The position numbers were made by a program, and so were the translations under genes. A DNA stretch of 64,000 nucleotides, taken from contig NW_005201327.1 of NCBI RefSeq assembly GCF_000372725.1, positions 190,815 through 254,814 of the forward strand, read 5' to 3'. Source of the DNA: Emiliania huxleyi CCMP1516. Its lineage: Eukaryota. This document shows positions 1 through 12,802 of this stretch, one piece after another (the first letter of the stretch is position 1; the number at the start of each line of letters is the position of its first letter). The notes beneath the pieces were generated by a model. It was given only the letters and a program-made list of their open reading frames with translations, did no database searches and was not told the DNA's origin.

Positions 1-1437
1 CGGCGGGGGCGGCGAGGGAGGCGGCGGGCTTGGCGGAGGCGGCGAAGGCGGAGGGGGCGAGGGCGGAGGAGGAGAGGGCGGAGGTGGAGACGGAGGCGGC
101 GGGGATGGCGGTGGAGGTGAGGGCGGCGGCGGGCTCGGGGGCGGCGGAGACGGAGGAGGAGGGGAGGGTGGCGGGGGCGACGGTGGTGGCGGGCTGGGCG
201 GTGGAGGCGATGGAGGAGGCGGGGAGGGTGGCGGCGGGGATGGCGGAGGTGGTGACGGCGGAGGCGGGCTCGGCGGCGGCGGCGACGGAGGAGGAGGGGA
301 CGGCGGCGGCGGGAACGGCGGCGGCGGGGACGGGGGAGGAGGGGAGGGTGGAGGCGGCGACGGCGGCGGTGGGGAGGGTGGAGGCGGCGACGGCGGCGGC
401 GGCGAGGGCGGCGGAGGCGAGGGCGGAGGCGGGGACGGGGGTGGCGGAGAGGGCGGAGGCGGCAAAGGTGGAGGCGGAGACGGGGGCGGCGGCGACGGGG
501 GAGGAGGGGAAGGTGGCGGCGGGGACGGCGGCGGCGGGTGCGACGGCGGTGGGCACGAGAAGTAGCTATTCTTCTGAAACTCGGCGGTGACGGCTTGAAT
601 GTCGGTGCCCTTGAAGCTGTAGCCGGGCGTTGCTATGTTGCCTAGCGTTTCGTGGCTCACCGCTCCGAAGCCGACTGCAAAGAGGACGAGCTCCGGGTTC
701 CGGTTCTTGATCAGCTCCGCCTGCCATATCGCCTCTGGCTTTCTGTATTGATAGTTGTTCGTGTTCTCCGCCTCCGAGCCGCACATCCTAGGCAAGTCGC
801 CTATGTAAGGGCCGAGAGGGCTCCCACTCGGTGTATGGGTCGAGTTGCCAAAGTCCCAGTCGACATAGCAATTCTCGATGTAGCTCTCTCCATCAGCCGG
901 GCAGCTATCTCCGGTGTCCGGGTAGTTGCGACTGCAGGTCTGCTCCCCATCGGTCAGGAGGAGCATGATCTTCGTGGCTTCAGTTCGGCCGGTACGAGTC
1001 AGCAGCTGCTCTCCGAGGAGGAGCGCGTTGGAAATAAATGTTTTCGCTGCTCGGTCCCCAGGATCGGGTTTGATGTTCGCCTTGTATGTATCATTAATGG
1101 CAGATGCAAGTGTGTTGTCGTCGTACGTGAGATTGCTGCACACGTATGTATTTGAAGCGAACTCCACAATGCCGACGTGCACGAAATTCTCGTCGACCGC
1201 CAAGTCGTTTATGATATCCGTTGCGAACTTTGCGACCCCTGGTCGACTTGAAGATTCGTCGATGCTGCCGCTGCTATCCAACACGAGAACCACGTCGGCA
1301 ACAAAGTTGCAAGCAGGTGCGCTGGGTGGCGACGGAGGGCTCGCCGACACGCTAGCGGCAAACGCAGCGACGATGATCAATTTGCGGCGGGCGTTTGACG
1401 GGCCGCCAGGAGCCTGCTGGCTTTGCGTCGCTGACAT
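1..1437 (-). CDS. Secreted von Willebrand factor A domain protein with SPPPP-rich tail (copy 1, runs off window start)
   Basis: Near-identical to 2670-3724 at offset 2287. ATG at 1437 (MSATQSQQ...), hydrophobic LIIVAAFAASVSA, DVVLVLDSSGS MIDAS motif, LLLTDG, LFAVGFG, then Ser-Pro repeats. Confidence 0.8.
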   Translation of the reverse strand, partial: MSATQSQQAPGGPSNARRKLIIVAAFAASVSASPPSPPSAPACNFVADVVLVLDSSGSIDESSSRPGVAKFATDIINDLAVDENFVHVGIVEFASNTYVCSNLTYDDNTLASAINDTYKANIKPDPGDRAAKTFISNALLLGEQLLTRTGRTEATKIMLLLTDGEQTCSRNYPDTGDSCPADGESYIENCYVDWDFGNSTHTPSGSPLGPYIGDLPRMCGSEAENTNNYQYRKPEAIWQAELIKNRNPELVLFAVGFGAVSHETLGNIATPGYSFKGTDIQAVTAEFQKNSYFSCPPPSHPPPPSPPPPSPPPPSPPPPSPPPPLPPPPSPPPPSPPPPSPPPPSPPPPSPPPPSPPPPSPPPPSPPPPSPPPPFPPPPSPPPPSPPPPSPPPPSPPPPSPPPPSPPPPSPPPPSPPPPSPPPPSPPPPSPPPPSPPPPSPPPPSPPPPSPPPPSPPPPSPPPPSPPPPSPPPPSPPPP

Positions 1438-2318
1438 TGCAGAATCTCGCCAGGAACCGCCGACATTGAATTTCGCTTCTTTTTCTGTGTTGAGTGAGGC
1501 GGCCGGCTACAGGCAAACAGAGCGCTATTGGCATTTTTTGAACAGAAAAGAATTCCTCATCGCAAACCCTGTCAGCAGATTCCTCCTCCCTCCGGGATGT
1601 ACGTAAGAGCCACATACACTGAAAAAATCTGAAGGGCCCAACTTCAACATGCCGGCATGGACAACAAAGAAGTTTACAACAAAACTCTCTCGCACGACAC
1701 TGGGCACGGTCGCCCGGCGCTGCTTGCAGCACCATGATGGCGCTAAGAGGTTCCTCTTTTCCGCGCCCCACCCGCAGGGCGCGCGATACACGACTAAGAC
1801 TATCACGGCCTGCGCACAATTCGCAGCGCTAGCCTGGATTTCTTTATCTCTGGGCGAGGGGGGCGGGGGTGCGGCATGCGCGCCTCACAGGCGCGGCACT
1901 GCGCGCGGTAGGCGAGGGCGAGGCCGGTGGCGAAGGCTGCGGCCAGCATGACCACTAGGGCGCGGATGACGATGAAGGCGATGGCGGCGCCGCAGAAGAC
2001 GCAGTCGTCCGGTGGGGTTGCAGGGGGGGCCGTCGGAGGAATTGCAGGAGGGGGCGGTGCCCCGGGTGGAATTCCTTTTTCCTTTGGGATTGCAGGGGGC
2101 GAGGGCGGCGGCGAGGGCGGCGGTGAGGGCGGGGGAGGCGACGGGGGTGGGCTCGGTGGTGGCGGCGACGGCGGTGGCGGTGAGGGCGGTGGCGGCCTCG
2201 GGTTCCACTGCGGCCTCGGGTTCCACTGCTCGTGTTTTGATGGCCTCAGGCCCTCAACGCGTGCGTGGCCGAGGACTCGGAAGTGACGGACCGGCGCGAG
2301 GTGCGCCTCCAGGCGACT

Positions 2319-2363
<45 letters not shown>

Positions 2364-2669
2364 GAGGAAGACCAAGGGCGCCTGCCGGCGACGATGAAGT
2401 AGAGGACGAGGCAGAGCGCGCAGCAGAGCAGGGAGAGCGTGGCCGCAGCGACGCCGCCGATGAGAGCAGGCGGATATCGCTTCCAGGGGGGGGGGCGCGC
2501 TTCTCTGCACACCACATGCTAGGGGGGGGGGCCCACCCCCCCAGAGGCTTCCCCACATGCTGGGGGGGGNNNNNNNNNNNNNNNNNNNNNNNNNNNNNNN
2601 NNNNNNNNNNNNNNNNNNNNNNNNNNNNNNNNNNNNNNNNNNNNNNNNNNNNNNNNNNNNNNNNNNNNN

Positions 2670-3724
2670 AGTGGCGACGGCGGCGGCGGCGATGGCGGCG
2701 GTGGCGACAGCGGAGGCGGCGACGGGGGTGGCGGAGAGGGCGGAGGCGGCAAAGGTGGAGGCGGAGACGGGGGCGGCGGCGACGGGGGAGGAGGGGAAGG
2801 TGGCGGCGGGGACGGCGGCGGCGGGTGCGACGGCGGTGGGCACGAGAAGTAGCTATTCTTCTGAAACTCGGCGGTGACGGCTTGAATGTCGGTGCCCTTG
2901 AAGCTGTAGCCGGGCGTTGCTATGTTGCCTAGCGTTTCGTGGCTCACCGCTCCGAAGCCGACTGCAAAGAGGACGAGCTCCGGGTTCCGGTTCTTGATCA
3001 GCTCCGCCTGCCATATCGCCTCTGGCTTTCTGTATTGATAGTTGTTCGTGTTCTCCGCCTCCGAGCCGCACATCCTAGGCAAGTCGCCTATGTAAGGGCC
3101 GAGAGGGCTCCCACTCGGTGTATGGGTCGAGTTGCCAAAGTCCCAGTCGACATAGCAATTCTCGATGTAGCTCTCTCCATCAGCCGGGCAGCTATCTCCG
3201 GTGTCCGGGTAGTTGCGACTGCAGGTCTGCTCCCCATCGGTCAGGAGGAGCATGATCTTCGTGGCTTCAGTTCGGCCGGTACGAGTCAGCAGCTGCTCTC
3301 CGAGGAGGAGCGCGTTGGAAATAAATGTTTTCGCTGCTCGGTCCCCAGGATCGGGTTTGATGTTCGCCTTGTATGTATCATTAATGGCAGATGCAAGTGT
3401 GTTGTCGTCGTACGTGAGATTGCTGCACACGTATGTATTTGAAGCGAACTCCACAATGCCGACGTGCACGAAATTCTCGTCGACCGCCAAGTCGTTTATG
3501 ATATCCGTTGCGAACTTTGCGACCCCTGGTCGACTTGAAGATTCGTCGATGCTGCCGCTGCTATCCAACACGAGAACCACGTCGGCAACAAAGTTGCAAG
3601 CAGGTGCGCTGGGTGGCGACGGAGGGCTCGCCGACACGCTAGCGGCAAACGCAGCGACGATGATCAATTTGCGGCGGGCGTTTGACGGGCCGCCAGGAGC
3701 CTGCTGGCTTTGCGTCGCTGACAT
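2670..3724 (-). CDS. Secreted vWA domain protein with SPPPP-rich tail (copy 2; 3' end lost in N gap)
   Basis: ORF 2519..4510 contains VADVVLVLDSSGSI, VHVGIVEFA, KIMLLLTDG and LVLFAVGFG. Probable start is the ATG at 3724. Confidence 0.8.
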
Positions 3725-3930
3725 TGCAGAATCTCGCCAGGAACCGCCGACATTGAATTTCGCTTCTTTTTCTGTGTTGAGCGAGGCGGGGTGCCGCCCG
3801 GCTACAGGCAAACAGAGCGCTATTGGCATTTTTTGAACAGAAAAGAATTCCTCATCGCAAACCCTGTCAGCAGATTCCTCCTCCCTCCGGGATGTACGTA
3901 AGAGCCACATACACTGAAAAAATCTGAAGG

Positions 3931-4510
3931 GTGGCGGCGGGCTCGGAGGCGGCGGTGAAGGAGGCGGCGGCGAGGGCGGCGGCGGCGACGGTGGTGGGGG
4001 GGACGGCGGAGGCGGCGACGGCGGCAGAGGGCTTGGCGACGGGGGGGACGGTGGCGGGGGCGAGGGCGGTGGTGGCGATGGAGGCGGCGGGCTTGGTGGC
4101 GGGGGGCTTGGGGGCGGCGGCGAGGGCGGCGGAGGCGAAGGCGGTGGCGGGCTCGGCGGCGGCGGGCTTGGTGGCGGCGGTGAGGGCGGCGGCGGCGAGG
4201 GCGGCGGCGGCGAGGGCGGCGGCGGCGACGGTGGCGGCGGCGATGGTGGCGGCGGTGAGGGTGGCGGAGGCAAGGGAGGAGGCGGGCTGGGCGGCGGAGG
4301 AGACGGAGGCGGCGGCGAGGGCGGAGGCGGCGAGGGCGGCGGCGGCGATGGGGGCGGGGGAGAGGGTGGCGCAGGTGAGGGGGGAGGCGGTGATGGAGGA
4401 GGCGGGCTCGGCGGTGGCGGCGACGGTGGCGGCGGCGACGGCGGTGGGGGAGACGGAGGCGGCGGCGAGGGGGGCGGCGGGCTGGGAGGAGGCGGGCTCG
4501 GCGCCACCAC
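3931..4510 (-). repeat. Low-complexity (SPPPP)n-coding GGC/GAG-rich tract
   Basis: Continuous imperfect 15-bp repeats. Probably the tail of another Pro-rich gene copy. Confidence 0.7.
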
Positions 4511-5251
4511 CCCCGCCTATGAACTGCACCACTCCCGATCGGGGGCGGTGCTCCGGGGGCACGCCCCCATGCACGCGGTCGCCCCCTCATATGACAGCGC
4601 ACGGGGGCGGTGCTCCGGGGACACGCCCCCATGCACGCCCCCTCATATGACAGGCACGCCTCCTCATATGAAATAACCTACGGGTATGTTCGTAAGAGCT
4701 ACATACACTGAAATGCACACCCCCGCCCGGTTGTCGCTTATTCGTTCGACCGCTTTATTGCCGCGATCAAAACTAGGTACACGCCACACACCAGACGACA
4801 TGTACTCTCCCACCCGACAACCGGCAAAACGCTGTCGTGAGCCAGCCGCTTTTGCGGCAGCCGACCGCGGAGATCGAGCGCGCCGCGTGCGCGGAGATCG
4901 ACATGGCGAGGCGGCCGTCATCCCGTACGATGCCGCTGGCGCGTCGGCGCGAGCCTGCGGCTCGCCGGAGGGCTCCACGCTCGGCGCGGCGGAGGTGCGC
5001 CGGACTGCACCACTCGCACCACCCCCGACTCGGAGCGGTGCAGTTCATATGAAACTGCGCACCGCTCCGGTGCACCGCTCCCGTGCGCAACTAGGAGCGG
5101 GGGTGGGCCAGGTGGCGTGCCCCTCTAATGGGGGGTGGCGTTCCCACGTGGGCTGCCTTCCCACGAGCTGGCCACATCTTCCTACCTAGGTACCGAGTAT
5201 CCGCTACTCGAGTAGGAGCCGGAACCCAGTTGTGGCAGTTTGCTTCGCGCG

Positions 5252-6075
5252 ATGCCTCTGGCCAACCGCCCGGCAAACGCCGTCGACATCGAATCCGACG
5301 TCTGGTGCACCATCCAGGACAGGGGAGAGGCGTTCGCCTGCCGCTGGTCCGCCACGGCGTGCACGCGCATCCCACCGCAGCTGCGGCAGTACCTCACGCC
5401 GGCCGAGTTTGAGCAGACCATGACGGCCGTAAACGCCGCCATCGACAGCACAGTTGGCAGCGGCTGCTGCAGCTACGCGGGGGTGGCGCCAAACTGCTCG
5501 AGCCGCTGCCTTGGCGTTCTCGCCGTGCTGCTGCTGCCGGTCGCCTTCACTGGCTACCTTATCATTGAGTGCCAGCTGCGGCGGATGGCGGACAGCTGCG
5601 CCAAGGCTGTGGCGGAGGCGCTGCGTCCCTGGGCCACCAAGGGGCTGAGGGTACAGGCGGCGCGCCCGAGACACTGTGGTATTGTTCACTTGAGCCGATA
5701 CCCGACTACACTGGGATCAGCACAATCACGGTACAGTCATAGCGGGGACTGACCTTGCTCCACGCCGCGCCCCACATGCACACCTTGCGTTCACACACCG
5801 CCCTCGCCGCGCAGTTCCTCCCCGGCCGCATGCCCAACAAGTACCGCGACGGGCAACGCTCGGTGATCCGCGTGCTGCTGCCGGGCAGGGCAGCTGGCGA
5901 GGCCCAGGAAATTGCGCCTGTGCAAGCGGTGCCAGTGGCCGCGGTCGCTGCGAGCGCCACGAGCCAGCCCGGCGTGTCTGGCAGGATGTCCGAGCTGAAG
6001 CGCATGCTCGATGCGGGGCTCATCACGCAGGCCGACTATGACGCGAAGAAGGCCGAGTTGCTGCGCGCCTTGTGA
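5252..6075 (+). CDS. Small membrane protein with C-terminal SHOCT-like domain (N-terminus Erf4/golgin-A7-like)
   Basis: MPLANRP... with TM segment LGVLAVLLLPVAFTGYLII, probable GC-AG intron ~5657-5814, C-terminus RMSELKRMLDAGLITQADYDAKKAELL typical of SHOCT. Confidence 0.65.
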
Positions 6076-7376
6076 GGCTGTGAGTTGGAGAGCTGTGTGT
6101 GAGACGGCCGCGTTTTTCTTCTCAGTCGTGTGGCGGCTTAGAAAAGAAATCGCAGTCCGCATCGTCATCGGCGCAGTGCCGAGAACAGTTCGGGCTTCGG
6201 CGGGCGCTGCGGCTGCACAAGGAGCTGGCCGAGCACCCGAAGACATCATCAGAGAGGTCCCTGACGGGCGTACAGGAAGACTCGTGCTTTGGCGATCTTG
6301 ACGTTTCGCAGCTGATGACGCTGCGGGCGGACTTCAACGTCAACGACGACACACCGTATAAGGTGTCCTTCAACCAGGGGGGCATCTCGTGCCCTATCAC
6401 TCCCTCAAACCAAGGCCAGTCGCTCGACCCCGAGCAGAAGAACGCCATTCTTCACAGCTACTTTGACACGGCGGCCGTGCTGGAGGTGAGGCTGGACGAC
6501 GCATACCTCGCGGGGGGATGCACATCGGAGCTTCCCTATCAAAGCCTACAAACTGATGTGCACCTGTGCACGACACAGGCCGGGGACGCCTGCAGCGCTC
6601 GGAAGACTTCACGGGCACGATGGCATCGAGACCAAGCCCCGGCCTCCCCGAGTACACGCAGCACCGCACGCGCCTGACGGGCTCGCTCGACGAGAGCTGG
6701 TGCTGGAGCCCGATCAACGGCCTCACTGCCACCGAGGCCGAGCTGAACGCCACGTGCACGCAGTTCTATGTCGACCCCGTGGACACAAACCACGCCTGCA
6801 AGCTACGCGGGCGGCTGCACGCGTGGCTGCTCGGCGTGCTATCTGGGCACGAGGGCGAACGGCGACTACGTGTGCAAAAGCACTCCGGCGCAGTATACTG
6901 TTGCCCAGGCCTGGCCTCTCGGCCTGACACCGTCAGCTCAAGCTCTGTCTGCAGCACGTCATCGATTCCTGCTGGCGAATATGACAACGCAAAACACGTA
7001 CTGTCTGCAACTCGGATTACGACAAAACCGGGGCTGAACAAGTGCCAGATTGGGCTGTGCACCCCCGCTCTCCCGTGACCGTGACCGTCCGCCATGATCG
7101 CCCCGCCCCATCGCGCAGACTCGTGTCGAGAGGCCACAGCGTCCGGCGCGCAAGAGCCGGTGCATGTGTGTGGACGGCCCCTCCCGATGTCGCGGCGCGT
7201 GTCAGTCGCGGCGCGTGCCACGAGTCCCCGCGCCCAGTCGCCATTGTTGTTAGAGGGAGGGCTCGTGAAATTCTTTTTATTATTCGTCTCGTCGCCGGAG
7301 CTAAAGTGCCTCGCCGCGGCCTCGCAGCAAGCAGAGCCGCGCCATCGCAGTACTTTTTTGCGCGTTTTTTTTCTTC

Positions 7377-7455
7377 GAGTCGCTTAGGCGGCTCCGGTGG
7401 TTCGCCTGTGACAGTGCTAGCATGCGCCAGTCCGCACCTGTGTCGAGCCTGTCTG
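7377..7455 (+). mobile_element. 3'-terminal fragment of CRE-like non-LTR retrotransposon (family 1)
   Basis: GAGTCGCTTAGGCGGCTCC matches the ORF stop region at ~37207-37227. The downstream part matches 21589-21671. Confidence 0.65.
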
Positions 7456-7511
7456 CTAAAAGAAAGAAAGAAAGCAGGACAACCCAAACGAGGGATAGGG
7501 GAGGAGGACAG

Positions 7512-7513
<2 letters not shown>

Positions 7514-7587
<74 letters not shown>

Positions 7588-7606
7588 ATAAATAAATAAA
7601 TAAATA
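7514..7606. repeat. (GA)n followed by (TAAA)n microsatellites
   Basis: Seen directly. Confidence 0.95.
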
Positions 7607-7807
7607 GAGCAGTCATCTCCAGGGAGAGATGGGCGACGCACACGAACACAGAGGGACAGTGCGCACCCCGCCCCGCTCGCAGGGCGTGCATCACACAGGT
7701 GGACTGTGAGAGAGAGAGAGAGAGAGAGAGAGTACTTTTTAAAATTCTTCATCGAAGAGGGCCCCTTCCTGGAAGTGGCTGCCTGGTGCGTCGCGCTGTG
7801 GCCGACG

Positions 7808-8970
7808 ATGTACTTGATACTGATCTCCGCCTCCGCCATCGCCCACACGCGCTTCTCCCGCCCAGCGCCGCGGCTCACCACAGCGTCACACCGGTGGTTC
7901 GCCGCTCCAGTCACGCCACGCGGAGGGGTGCCAGCGGCGTGCGACTTCTCGTCGCAGCAGCGGCTGCGCGAGGAGGCCGAGGCGCCCTTCGCCAAGGCGC
8001 GCCTCTTCGTCTGGCCGACCCTCTTTGCGGCCGCCGTCGTCGCAACCTACTTTGCCGCCACCGGCATGCTCGCCGTCGCTGTCGGGGCGCGGGAGCAGGC
8101 GGCCGGCTCGTCGCCGCTCGTCGACCTCGGCATCGACCTCACGGCCGTCGGCACGACGGGCTTCCTCTGGAAGCGCGAGCTGGATGCGCGCGACTCGAGG
8201 CTGCGCCGGATCGCCTTTGGCGCGCGCCTCGCCGCTCTGCGGGTGACGCAGCTCGGCGCAGGTGGCGGCGCCTTTGGCCAGACCGCCACTCTCGCCGACT
8301 TGCGCCGCGGGCGCGGCCAGGCGCGGCGGGTCGTCCTCGTCGCCGCCCCCTCCGACGCTCTCAAGCAGAGTCTTGCTGATGCGGCGGCGTCGGCGGCGGA
8401 GCTGCTTGCCGCAGACATCCTTGTCGTGCCGCTGCTGTCGCTGCCGCCCGGGCGCGGCGCGGCGGCGCTCGAGGCGCCGCCGCTCGAGATGCTGCAAGGG
8501 GCAGTCCCGTCGGGCGAGGTGGCGGCGACCGCGGCCGCACCCCGCACCGCGCCTCTCGGGGAGGTGAGGACGCAGCCCCCGCTGCCGTGGGTCGCGGATG
8601 CGCCTGATGCCGCGGGCAGCTGGCCGGTGGCGATGCCTCAGGCGGCGGCGCAGTGGGGGCAGGCACTCTTACCGGAGCTCGAGGCGGCGGCCAAGCAGTC
8701 GCCCACGGCGGCCGAGCGCGGGCTAACCATTGTCCTCAAGAAGAACGGCCGCGTCGGCACGCGCCGGCTCGGCACGCCGGACTGGCAGGCGAGAGGCGGC
8801 CGAGAGGCGGCCGAGGGGGAGGAGATGCGGCCGAGATGCGGCCGGAGGTGCCCAGATGCGGCCCAGATGCGGCCCACTGTGAGGGCCCCTCCCCTGTCCG
8901 GTCTTCACAGGCGCTCGTCGACGACGTGGGGGCAAGGAGGGCCGCCGGGCTCGACGTGACAAACATTTGA
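7808..8970 (+). CDS. Plastid-targeted DUF3493 / LOW PSII ACCUMULATION 1-like protein
   Basis: Bipartite-like N-terminus, RLREEAEAPFAKARLFVW motif, two TM segments, IVLKKNGRVGTRRLGTPDW. GC-AG intron 8789-8910, then ALVDDVGARRAAGLDVTNI*. Confidence 0.75.
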
Positions 8971-9529
8971 CCTCCATCCGTCCAGCTATATGGGGCGCGT
9001 CCGAGCTCTCGAGCGAGAAGGTCCCCGCCCGGCCGGATTCGGCAAGGTCGAGATGAGATTATTGTGCATTCGCTCTCTGGCGGTAATCTCGGTTTGCGCG
9101 CGAGACCCGCGCGCGCGAACATGGTCTGTGCGAGAGAGAACGTATACCTTTTTTAGACCCCTCGCAATCCTCACTCCAATGAACAAAAAACGACGCAACA
9201 AACATATGAAAAAAACAACCACAACGCCACAAGATATGAGCGGTTACGTATTTAATCGGATACTGTGTGCCTTAGACGTCCGAAAGAAACGTAGAAAGAT
9301 CAGATAGCCCCCGGCCGTGTGCAGCGAGCGGGGGGACACAGGCACCAGCAGAACCGGTCCTGCTCCTGGAGATGGAGAGGCAGAGGAGATCTATCACACA
9401 CAGACACACTCGTGACTGTGTGAAAGCGTTTACCATCCTTTGTTACACCACGTTCTTTCGTACAGCAGACGGTATCGTAGACACGTGAACGCTAACCAGG
9501 TCTTAGATTTTCGAGCACTACTACAACTA

Positions 9530-10109
9530 CTGGGCTGGGTCTTTAGGCATTGTGGGGTTGGCACTCCCATCGACTCTCATGACCTCCTGCGGTCTCTGAG
9601 ATGGACACCAGTGGGTGTGGGACCACAGCCAGGATACACTCGAAGGCTGGGTAAGCAGTAGAGGTCGATACTCGACGCGTCCCACATGGTCTGTGTCGCT
9701 GTCGGCACGCTGTCGACAGGACGTCGAGCGACACCGGTGGCAGTGCCACCCAGGAGTGGTAGGGCGGTCTCCCGTCATGAAAGAGCCACCATGTGATCCG
9801 TATGATGATTCCTGACAACCGCCTCAGTCAACTTTTGTCACAGTTCCCGCTCTGAGAGGAGCTGCGGGTCAGTTCGACAGCTGGAGCTGTGTCGCCGGCG
9901 TGCGGCGGCCTGCCTCCGGAGGTGCCTCTGAGGTGGACATTTTTTGGTCACCGGGAGAGAACGCGTTCGAATTTTCACTCCGGAACTTCAACTGAGCACG
10001 CGCACCGGCCAGGGCTACAATAGTGCCAGTGAGGCGGAGGCGCGAGTCGGAAGGCCGCGACCGTCAAGTGTCCCGTCATTTTCCTACAATCGCTGTGAAC
10101 CCAGCCACG
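9530..10109 (+). mobile_element. ~580-bp non-autonomous TA-flanked DNA transposon (Tc1/mariner-like MITE), copy 1
   Basis: TA|CTGGGCTGGGT...ACCCAGCCACG|TA with imperfect TIRs. Inverted near-identical copy at 57500-58082. Confidence 0.8.
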
Positions 10110-10153
10110 TACGAGGGAGCTTTGTTGTAAAATACTACTCTAGACTCACGTTC

Positions 10154-12738
10154 TCACGTACGGAGTGACATGTGCTCCCCCCGCCCTCTATGCTCTAAGT
10201 CCGTCGAAGAGGCGTCCGCGCTCGAGCCGAGCTGTTCTAAAGTCTGCCCTTCAGCTAGGCTTGGCCCTGCACTGACCTCTGTATGCATATCTGCCTCGGC
10301 GCTGTCGAAGCGCGAGAAGACGAAATCCGTCGCGTGCGGCCCAGCCATTTCGTACATCTCCGCCGCGCCGTCGATAGCCCCCTCGGCCATCGCACTCGTA
10401 GTAAAGTGGCCCTCCCTCGGGTACATGTCGACCTTGCCCTCGCGCGGATACTCGGGCGGGTTCGTGAAGGATTGGCCGATGAGGCCGTGTGGATGGGACC
10501 GTGTCGGGGCGCCCGCTGCGGCACTGAATCCCACGTCCAGCCGGTGGTGCGGACCTCGGACGCGATCGTAGACGGGGCGGCCCTTGACGTGGATCGTCCA
10601 GCCCCGAATCTCAAACCTTGCACTTGAGTGGCCGAGCCGAGCGGCGAACTCCTCGCACTGCTTGCTGGCCGTCGGTCCGAGCCTGAAGCGCTTACCCCCG
10701 CAGGTGCCGTTGACCATCTTCCAGCCGTAGTTGAAGTCGTTCAGCTCGGAAGCCCAGAAGGAGGCTGTGGCGCGCTTGCGCTTGATGCCGCCGACCCGCG
10801 CTACCAGGTGCACCTAGGGACGGACGTGCAATCTCACCCAACGATTCGGTGATGTTGCGGCCGCTGCAAGGTCGCCTCGGTGATGAAGGAGCCGTCAACC
10901 ACCAGCTCTCCGCCGCGTAGCTTGAAGGTGGCGTTCTCGATCTTGACGTTGCAGGCGACGTTCGGGGCGGAGAAGAAGGAGTAATAGACCCCGTGCCTGC
11001 CACGAAAGTCGGCGCGGCCGCCGTGCGCAAAGTGGAAGTGCCTGCAGAGACGGAAGAGCGGTGAGACGCCAGGATAGGTGTAGGTTAGGTGTGAGGCGCG
11101 CGATGTGGCACTGGCTGAACGGTAGTGGGCCGTTGGCATCTACGGGTGGTTACGGATCCTTGTCTGCGGAACCCTGCGGCGGCGGCGGCGGCGACGGCGG
11201 CGAAACAGGTGGGAGCCGCGGTGGTGGGGAAATTGGGGGCGAGCCAGGAGGTGACGATGGCGAGACGATTAAATGGCGAGGAGCGGCCGGTGGCGGCGTC
11301 GCTGGCGGCGGCGATGCAGGCGGCGGCGACGAGGGCGGCGGTTGCGAGGGCGGTGGCGTGAAAGGCGGTGGCGACGAGGGCGGCGACAGCGGCGGCGACG
11401 ACGGCGGCGGTGGAGAGGGCGGCGGCGGTGACGGCGGCGGCGGAGAGGGCTGGGGTGGCGAGGGCGGCGGCGGCGACGGGGGAGTCGGTGAAGGCGGCGG
11501 TGAGGATGGCGGCGGCGGCGACGGCGGCGGCTGCGATGGTGGCGGTGCTAAGGGCGGCGGTAGTGAGGGCGGCGGCGGCGACGGCGGCGGCGTCGAGGGC
11601 GGTGGTGGCGACGGGGGAGTCGGTGAAGGCGGCGGCGGAGACGGCGGCGGCGGAGACGGCGGCGGCGGAGACGGCGATGGCGCAGCCGGCGGTGGCGGGG
11701 AGGGCGGTGGCGGGGAGGGCGGCGGTTGCGAGGGCGGCGGGGCTGAAGGCGGCGGGGCCGAGGGCGGCGGTGACGAGGGCGGTGGCGGCAAGGGTGGCGG
11801 CGGTGACGGTGGAGGTGGAGAGGGCGGCGGGGCCGAGGGCGGCGGCAGTGAGGGCGGCGGCGATGATGGCGGTGGCGTCGAGGGCGGCGGCAGCGAGGGC
11901 GGCGGCAGCGAGGGCGGGGGCAGCGAGGGCGGGGGCAGCGAGGGCGGCGGCGGCGAGGGCGGCGGCAGCGAGGGCGGCGGGCTTGAGGGTGGCGGCTGCG
12001 ATGGTGGCGGCGTTGACGGCGGCGGGGCTGAGGGTGGCGGCGTCGAGGGCGGCGGCAGCGAGGGCGGGGGCAGCGAGGGCGGCGGTAGCGATGGTGGCGG
12101 CGTTGAGGGCGGCGGCAGCGAGGGCGGCGGCGTTGAGGGCGGCGGCAACGAGGGCGGCGGCAGCGAGGGCGGCGGCAGCGAGGGCGGCGGTAGCGATGGT
12201 GGCGGAGACGAGGGCGGCGGGGTCGAGGGCGGCGGCAGCGAGGGCGGCGGGCTTGAGGGTGGCGGCTGCGATGGTGGCGGCGTTGACGGCGGCGGGGCTG
12301 AGGGTGGCGGCGTCGAGGGCGGTGGCAGCGAGGGTGGCGGCGTCGATGGTGGCGGCAGCGAGGGCGGTGGCAGCGAAGGCGGCGGTAGCGATGGTGGCGG
12401 CGTTGAGGGCGGCGGCGACGAGGGTGGCGGCGTCAAGGGCGGCGGCAGCAAGGGCGAAGGCGGCGGTAGCGGGGAAAGGTCCACAAAATTCCAGGGCGTC
12501 GAGGGCGGGGGATACGACGGCGGGGGTGGGAGGGGTGGGGATGAGCGGGGAGGCGGGGGCAGTGGCGGTGGAGGGCTAGGGGGCGGCATGAGCGGTGGGG
12601 ACGGGGTTGTGGGGGCCATATTAGCTTTCGGTGGCGATGGCGGTGGTGGCGGGGACGGCGGTGGCGGCGAGGGCGGCGGTGGTGGAGACGGCGGCGGTGG
12701 CGAGGGCGGTGGAGGCGGGGACGGCGGCGGCGGCGGGG

Positions 12739-12802
<64 letters not shown>

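Noticed and set aside
2519..4510. Single 663-aa ORF with N-terminal SPPPP block
   Set aside because: The block upstream of 3930 is absent from copy 1 and precedes the signal-like sequence, so it is probably chance read-through from a neighbouring repeat.
6254..7078. Coding-looking fragments in shifting frames
   Set aside because: No recognisable domain, no clear start, and several frameshifts needed. Possibly a degraded gene but not supportable.
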